Of a DNA stretch of 64,000 bases, positions 55,962 to 64,000 are shown in pieces. Position 1 is the stretch's first letter, and each line of letters begins with the position of its first letter. Position numbers and translations under genes: made by a program. Below the pieces are notes generated by a model, which worked only from the letters and a program-made list of their open reading frames with translations, was not told the origin of the DNA and searched no databases. This DNA comes from Eledone cirrhosa (taxonomy: Eukaryota): the NCBI GenBank assembly GCA_964016885.1, contig OZ024759.1, forward strand, positions 19,220,001 to 19,284,000. Direction: 5' to 3'.

Positions 55962-58566
55962 GCTTCTCTGCCCCCCCCTCTCTCTCTCTTTCTTTTTTCT
56001 TATGTTAGGTAGTAATGTTGGTAGAAGGTGAATTGCCTGAATCGTTAGAACTCCGGATAGAATTCTTCGCGGCATTCGTTCCGAATTTCTGAACCCTACC
56101 TCCTTTTGTTTGCTTACCCGCTATGTTTAAATTCCCGGTACGATGGGCATTTAAATCGCCAATCTGTATATACATTATACATACATACACACACAGATAC
56201 ACACATATATAGGCTGAGTGGTTAGAGAATTGGATTCGCAATCGTAAGGTTGTGAGTTCGATTCCTGGACCAGGCGATGCGTTATGTCCTTGAGCAAGAC
56301 ACTTTATTTCACGTTGCTCCTTCTACCTGGAGTTGCGACCGATAGATAGTATTAGCAATTGGAAAGACCAACGGAAACATTGTTCCCTCGGTCCGATTTG
56401 ACGAAAGTCGATCGTTCCTTCATATATATATATATATATATATATACATACATATCTATACACACAGATGTGTGTATAGGTATGTAAATGTGTGTATATA
56501 TGTATACATACATATATATTATTTATATATATACACACATTTATCTGTATATACATATATGTATGTATGTATGTATATCAATATATCAAAATATATATAT
56601 AATATATATATAATATATATGTGTGTGTGTGTATTTAGAGAGGAAGGAGAGGGGGAGATTATCGAGCTTATTTGAGTCTTAATCAGTACATCATTGAATA
56701 TTTTTATATTGAAACGAAACTTCTGCATGACAAACTGTATATTTACGATGCAAACCATAGCTTACTTTGAAAGAAAAAAAGCCACGTCCGGTTTTTAATC
56801 TCATGCATCAAAATCTCTTTTGACACAAAAGTTTGCGAAAGTTATGATTCCACATAAAAGCATTCTTTTGCATACTGTTACTTACTAGACAACCAATAAT
56901 AATAATAACAAGAATTATTTCTTTATTGTAACCACGCAGGGCTCACATTAAGAAAACTTTAAAGACAGCACGGGACGATGCAGTGCGGATTTTTGTGATA
57001 ACGAAAACAAAGAAAGATCTAAAAATTTTAATAATAATAATAATAATAATGCTTTCTTTCTTTATTTTTTTATTTCTTTCTTTATTTATTTATTTATAAT
57101 AATAATAATAATAAAAAAAATGATAATGGTTTCTTTGTAAACCACGTAGTGCTGACACGAAGGAAACATTAAAGACGACACAGGGTGATATATTGTGAGC
57201 TTTTTTCGTGTAGAAAATGTGATAACAGAAAACAACAAGTGCGTACAAAGTTTCAAACAATAGAAAATTCCCCCAATATGGGGTGGAGGAGACTTCCGAG
57301 GGTCACTCGTGGAGAAAATAGTCAAACACAAGCTGGACTGATAATAAGACAAAGATATTTTCACTTTTAAATAATTGTTTCTACGTTAGGCACAAGGCCA
57401 GCAATTACCCAGTGCATTACTGGTACTTTATTTTATCGACCCCGTAAGGATGAAAGGCAAAGTTAACCTCGGCGGGATTTGAACCCAGAACGCAAAGGGC
57501 CATAACTCTATGCTGCAAAGCATGGCGTCTGACGCGCTACCGATACTACCACAAAAATGTCCATCTCTTTAAGTTTTCTGTTTTTCAGGTCATTTGGAGT
57601 GGAGAGGGAGGGGTGTTTTTCTGCTTTGTTTTTTGTTTCGTTTGTTTGTTTGTTTAACGAAGGGCGGGGGTTACAATTTCTTTTTAAAAAACTGAGCGTG
57701 CAGGCTATAGTTGGTGCCATATATTTTCTGCACTAATCTTTTCTTTGTTTCTGTGGATTTCTTTGCCACAAATCTTTTGGTTTTGTTTTCATCTTTCTTT
57801 GGGGGGAGAGGGGGGGGGGGGGGGTTCTTGTGTCTTTCGGTAAGTTTGTTTTTTTTAACAAGTGGACGTGCTTGTAAGAAGTTAGACGGGGCGAGGCCAA
57901 TGATAAGACGTTAGTTATTAGTAATAATAAAAATGAAAATAAATGGAAATGAAAACTTTACAAACAAAAACAGGAAAAAATAAGAAAAAAAAAAAATAAG
58001 AAAAGAAAGGAAACCGATGCCAAAATCGTAAAATACAGTTCTTGAAAAGAACACGAACGGAATTTGCAGGAGCCAACAACGACCACAACAACAATAACAA
58101 TATCTAACAAAGAAAAAATAATAATAAAATAGAGGAAAGATTCTATAGCAGAATCATTGAAAAAAAATATTTTTTTTTTTTTCAAAGTGAAAGAAAGTGA
58201 GGTAAAACAAAGACACTCGGTTGTGGCGGGGTGGGGCTGGGTGGAGGTGGGAGGTAGGACTGTGAAGATGTAAACAACAACAAGACTAATAGTGTCCCTT
58301 TCCAATACCACCCCCATGCACCGCACCACCTGCCCGCCCACCACATAGTAAAAAAAATTGGAAAAAGTGGAGAAAATAGTGTAGAAAGTTTTGAAAGAAG
58401 TGAGGAAAAGGTGATGAAAAATAGGCAGCTGGGGGTGAGGGGGGGAGGGGGGGATAATGCAATAATGTTGGTGATGATGATGATGATAATAATAATAATA
58501 ATAATCGCGGAAAAGCTCTTAAATGATAAAAAAATACATTCCTGTATGGTGTTTGTGTCTGCTTAT

Positions 58567-58602
<36 letters not shown>

Positions 58603-59032
58603 ATAGTGGTGGAAGGAGGAGTTAAAGGAGGAGGGAAGAATCAAAGGACAATATAAAGTAACATACACATACATACATACACGCGCATACAGACACACAC
58701 ATACATTCACACACACACACAAATAAAATGAAGGATGAAGCAAGCAGATGTGCAATTAAGTGAACAGTGTCTTCTACTCTGCTGTAATCTCGGATTGAGT
58801 AATGCCTTGCAATTGGAATTTGCTAGACGAAAACTACAAGGGCCCGTCACATGTTTGTGTGTATATATATATATACGTGTGTGTGTGTAAACTCAAAAAT
58901 CAGTTTTTTATGAGAGAAAAATTAAGATTATTTATATATATATATATATATATTATAAAGAGAACCATACTCTACTCCCTGAAATATCGGGTACTCTGTT
59001 GAGTAACCTGTTGCAATCTGTTTTCATCCTGA

Positions 59033-59100
<68 letters not shown>

Positions 59101-59105
<5 letters not shown>

Positions 59106-59385
59106 ACACGGGTGTGTATGATTGTGTATAGAAGATTATATTAATAAGAGGAATTCCAACTTTGTCTGATTTACTCGTTTTATTTACAATCCTTTAAAAT
59201 TTATAATGGTATTATAATGAAATAGTATGATAGAATATTAAATTCTAAGTGTTAATTGAACTAAGGTTCAATTAACACTTAGAATTTAATATTCTATCAT
59301 ACTATTTCATTATAATACCATTATAAATTTTAAAGGATTGTAAATAAAACGAGTAAATCAGACAAAGTTGGAATTCCTCTTATTA
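59101..59385. mobile_element. Family H fold-back: 120-bp perfect palindrome 59142-59385
   Basis: Arms 59142-59261 and 59266-59385, loop TAAG. Homologous to 50453-50615. Confidence 0.88.
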
Positions 59386-59458
59386 GTATATATATATATA
59401 TATATATATTATAAAATAACAGGGGGCTGGACTGGTGTAATTCCTTAAAAGGTTTATT

Positions 59459-59516
59459 ATACTATGATCATTTCAGTGACCGTGTTCAGTATGAATCCGG
59501 TGACATCATCAGGTAT
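59459..59516 (-). ncRNA. Type-I hammerhead ribozyme (family D)
   Basis: Minus strand: ATAC-CTGATGA-T-GTCACCG-...-CGGTCAC-T-GAA-ATGATCAT-A^GTAT. Palindromic helix III; one C.C mismatch in stem II. Other family D pieces lie at 61830-61880 and 62878-62946. Confidence 0.7.
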
Positions 59517-59722
59517 TCGAAATATAACAAAGGAATATAATAGACAAAATCCATGGGCCTGAAAATCAGAGACATGAGGGCGGCCGAACATCTAGCAGCT
59601 TCTAGCCAGGTCGGCCGCCCTCCATAATATGACCATACGGAATGACCAGTTCTATCCAGTGGTGAACTAACAAACCTAAATATATATAGAGCACGCAGTC
59701 CATAGGGCGAGTTTAGTATAAA

Positions 59723-59932
59723 TAATTACAACAGTGACATAAACAGGTACCCAAGTTTCGTTGGGTTCTGGGCCCTAACTCATTCAGCCTGTCATGAGAA
59801 AAATAAAAATAAAAGTGAAAATAGAAACAATGATGGCCATCTTTGATTTTATTTTTCTCGTGACAGGCTGAATCAGTTGGGGCCCAGAAACCAACGAAAC
59901 TTGGGTACCTGTTTATGTCACTGTTGTAATTA
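59723..59932. mobile_element. Fold-back with two hammerhead-like motifs (59743-59792 -, 59863-59912 +)
   Basis: ACAGG-CTGAAT(G/C)A-GTT(G/A)G..CCAAC-GAAAC-TTGG-GTA^CCTGT. Perfect stem I; the core has one extra nucleotide. Confidence 0.68.
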
Positions 59933-61134
59933 TCTATACATCTATATATATATATATATATACAGAGGTATCCACAGTAAGTTGTGGGGTCTATTCTGTA
60001 TGAAGAACTCGATGTAATCCTTATATTGAAAATGTTGTAGGTTAAGATAAATCTCGGAAAACAATAAAACATTAAAAGGAAAACAGAGTCATGATATAAG
60101 TTAAAACAATGAAATAAAAAATCAAGTCATTAGAGATATACTTCACTGCTTTACGATCGTTTCTAGATGATGATAATACATTGTAGCTATTCCCATTTAT
60201 TGATCTATGTAAGGTTAGTTACAAAATATCAGATAAAGAGAATATTTACTTACATGCATATCACCAGCTGTTTTCAAAAGCAATAATAATTTTATTCAAT
60301 AATAATTTTATTCAGAATTAGTAGTATGTTAGTATCATGTCCTTATGGAGGTAGTTGAAGAACTAACGAATCAAATTGTTTTTTTCAAATGGTGTTAAGA
60401 GGAAAAGTAATACACTTTAGTTGAGGTCATGACCCTTTGAAGGGTGTTTATAGTAGAATTGGCATAAAAATCTATTAGGAGGAAAGGGATTGTCAAACTG
60501 ATAGTTGAATGTATCTGGTATAGTGAAGTTTAAAATGAATGTCAAAATAAAAGGTGATTAGTGTTATATTGAGTTTTAAGGTGAATATAAATTAAGGTTA
60601 TGGCTAGGAAAGATAGTATATTAAAAGATGAAAATTATAATAAGATAATGAAATATAGTAATGCGATAATATAGAACTTAACCAACACAATATAGTACGG
60701 TGTAGTAAATTGCACTTAGTATAATATAGCATATGATATGCTCTAAAATACTATCAAGTATGTTAATGCATAAATAATCAAACTCAAATAAATACATGTT
60801 GGCATAGTTAAAACACATAAATTTCATAGATTACAAAGTGTATATATCCACACTACATATAGAGAGAGGTACAGTTATATTGATATACAACCAAAAATAT
60901 ACACACGTACGAATAGATACAAACCTAAATACTCATTTACACGTATGTATATAATCATATACATATATATATATCCATACATATCTATATCCACACATAC
61001 ACATCTATACCCACATATATATATGTATATATACATATTCACACACACACACTCACATACATACATACATATATATACATACATACACACACATATACAT
61101 ATACATATATATATATATATATATATACATATAT

Positions 61135-61216
<82 letters not shown>

Positions 61217-61700
61217 CATAAAACATGTCTATAGAATCACAAGATAAAATATATACTATTTCCTCTCCCAATTAGCATAATTAACTATATAAAAAATCGA
61301 ATAGACCAGGCTATAAGAATTTGTGATTCTATAGACATGTTTTATGATATATAGCTCTGATTGTTTAATTTATTAATTTTTCATTGAGCCACAAAGTGAC
61401 CGGTTGCAAAACACGTATATGTATGTGTATGTATATATATGTAAACTTTTATATGTATATATATATATATACACACACACATACACATACATATACATGT
61501 GTGATTATATGTGAGAAATAAGACTTGCCCTGTAAATTGATAAAAACGATGATGCATACAGATAGAACTTTATCGAACACTTCGATTGCTTAGCGCACCT
61601 CTTATATATATATATATATATATACGTTATTCCGGGTTGAATCGGAGGTAACCACAGTAAGTAAGGTACTCAATACATAGCAGAGTATAAAAGTTTTAAT

Positions 61701-61810
61701 ATAGATGAGATTCTACAGGACTTGAACTGTTTCATTCTTCAGAAATCATCAGGAATCCTGATGATTTCTGAAGAATGAAACAGTTCTAGTCCTGTAGAAT
61801 CTCATCTATA
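61701..61810. mobile_element. Palindrome whose arms start at a hammerhead-like core
   Basis: Axis at ~61755. Each arm begins TCCTGATGA-T-TTC-TGAA-GAA-T-GAAAC; the 5' strand of stem I is absent. Confidence 0.6.
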
Positions 61811-61967
61811 TATATATATATATATATATTTAGGTTTGTTGGTTCACCACTGGATAGAATTGGTCATTCCGTATGGTCAATCTTGGTGTAATATTATGGA
61901 AAGTACTCAACGTAGTGCAGTTCACCCGTCTTCGTTTGTGTAGTTGGTGGTGCGAATACGGAGTTAA

Positions 61968-62872
61968 TCTATATATATAAAACTGTGGTTGTCTGTCTGT
62001 CTATCGATTTTTGGCACACATCTCCTCTTAGAATCTCTCACGGAATTGCACCGAAATTGCTATACTTGTACATTGAGCCCTAGCGAAGACATCAGAAAAA
62101 AAAAATTTCAAATTGACCCACCCTATGTGACGAAATCGAATATAATGTATCGATTTTTGAGCGTAAGTGATCAGTTATTTCCCTTTGTTCTGTTTACATT
62201 GAGCGTCTTACGTAAAAAATTACGCTGGCTTTCTCAGCGTTTAAAATGACATTTGCAAAATTCATCAGTTCGAACACTAAGCTTCCGTTTTGCTTCATTT
62301 CCATTTAAAAGCATTTTAAAACAATATTTTTACTTGAAAACAAGTCTATTTAAAGACTACGTAAAACAAGCAAATATTTCGTCGTTAGGCGTGCAGACAG
62401 ACAGTCGTGCAGACAGACAGTCGTGCAGAGAGGTGATATACGCGTGCAGACAGATAGTCGTGCAGAGAGGTGATATAGGCGTGCAGACAGACAGTCGTGC
62501 AGAGAGGTGATATAGGCGTGCAGACAGACAGTCGTGCAGAGAGGTGATATAGGCGTGCAGACAGACATAACTGATAATTTGGTTACGCTAATGTTTTTCT
62601 CTGCGTTGCAGTGTTTACATTTTCGATCTTTGTTAATAAATAACCAGTGCAGTTTCTATCCCCAGCATCCTCTTTTGTTATAACATTCGGGTTATCGTTA
62701 TGTTTTCTTAACTTCATAAGGCATATTGTTGGTTGAGGGAATATTAATCAAAAACACCACATGCAAGTCTGCACAGTAGACACTACAGTTTTTAAGCCAA
62801 GAAAGAAACTTAACATTGTAACTTTAACACAGCTACTGAGCGACCCCGAGCAACGCCGGGCTTTACTGCTAG
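61968..62872 (+). mobile_element. Non-autonomous Helitron
   Basis: A|TCTATATATATAAAA start, (CTGT)n near the 5' end, subterminal hairpin CCCG-AGCAACGC-CGGG and CTAG|T end. Internal ~37-bp tandem repeat at 62386-62566; no TSD. Confidence 0.85.
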
Positions 62873-63270
62873 TTATAAATAAAATAAAATAACAGGAGGT
62901 TGGACTGGTGTAAACTGGTGTAAACAGCCTCCTGTTATTTTATTTTACTTATATATATATATATATAATGTATGTGTGTGTGTATGTGTGTGTGTATATG
63001 TATATGTGTGTATATTATGTGTGTGTGTATATATATGTGTGTGTGTATATATGTGTGTATATATATATGTGTGTGTGTGTGCGTGTATGTATATATATGT
63101 ATGTGTATATATATATATGTGTGTGTGTGTGTATATATATGTATGTGTGTGTGTATATATATGTGTGTGTGTGTATATATATACTATATGTGTGTGTATA
63201 TATATGTGTGTGTGTGTATATATATATGTGTGTGTGTATGTGTGTGTATATATATATATGTGTGTGTGTG

Positions 63271-63301
<31 letters not shown>

Positions 63302-64000
63302 ATGCGTGTATATATATATATGTGTGTATATATATATGTGTGTATATATATATATTTGTGTATTAATTAACAGTAGTTATTTCACTAACCGTTCTTGTTT
63401 GTCTTTGTTTTTAATTATTTATATTCTACTACAATTCTGATTCATTAATTTTACCAATCTTTTATTATTATTATTATTTGGATTGTCAGTATCGGTAGAG
63501 GGTCGGACGCCATGCTTTGACGCATAGAGTTACGCCCTTGCCATTCTGAGTTCAAATCCCGCCGAGGTTAACTTTGCCTTTCATCCTTACGAGATCGATA
63601 AAATAAAGTACCAGTAATGCACTGGGGTAATTGCTGGCCTTGTGCCAATAGTAAAACCATTATTATTTCTATTGGCAGTATCGGTAGAGGGTCGGACGCC
63701 ATGCTTTCCAGCATAGTTACGTCCCTTTACGATCTGAGTTCAAATCCCGCCGAGGTTGACTTTGCCTTTCATCCTTACGGGGTCGATAAAATAAAGTACC
63801 AGTAATGTACTGGGTAATTGCTGGCCTTGTGCCTAAAGTAGAAACAATTATTATTATATTATAACAATTATTATAAATATTGTTAACACTTTGAAACTGA
63901 ACCACGATGCTGGCTTATTTCCAACTATTAACAAATTAAATAAAATAAACCTTTTGTCTCATTGACGTGATGAAAGTGTCTGGAATTTGAAAATGTGAGA

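Noticed and set aside
60200-60870. AT-rich strand-skewed segment as a NUMT or TE ORF
   Set aside because: No open frame or recognisable mitochondrial or RT motif.

Overview
Eukaryotic, AT-rich, microsatellite-saturated non-genic DNA. The SINE, LINE and microsatellite content suggests a cephalopod (octopus-like) genome; this is an inference. No host gene could be supported, and almost all ORFs in the track are (TA)n/(TG)n/(GA)n artefacts. Real coding remnants are a 5'-truncated CR1-type LINE RT (2670-4316, -), a broken Penelope-like element (PLE) RT plus GIY-YIG (45661-46658), a second GIY-YIG scrap (49089-49197) and several RTE-clade 3' ends. There are about 30 copies of a tRNA-derived SINE family, several MITEs, a non-autonomous Helitron and three TE-derived tandem arrays. 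The main hidden signal is a set of short non-coding elements from at least 7 sequence families. They sit in (TA)n tracts, are frequently folded back as inverted repeats, and carry minimal type-I hammerhead ribozyme motifs (CUGANGA...GAAA, often with a palindromic helix III and with covarying stems). One forms a 421-bp tandem, retrozyme-like array (21.6-22.9 kb). In another, the palindrome axis coincides with the predicted ribozyme cleavage site (59266 vs 50453). All ribozyme calls are from manual base-pairing only; none has been tested.
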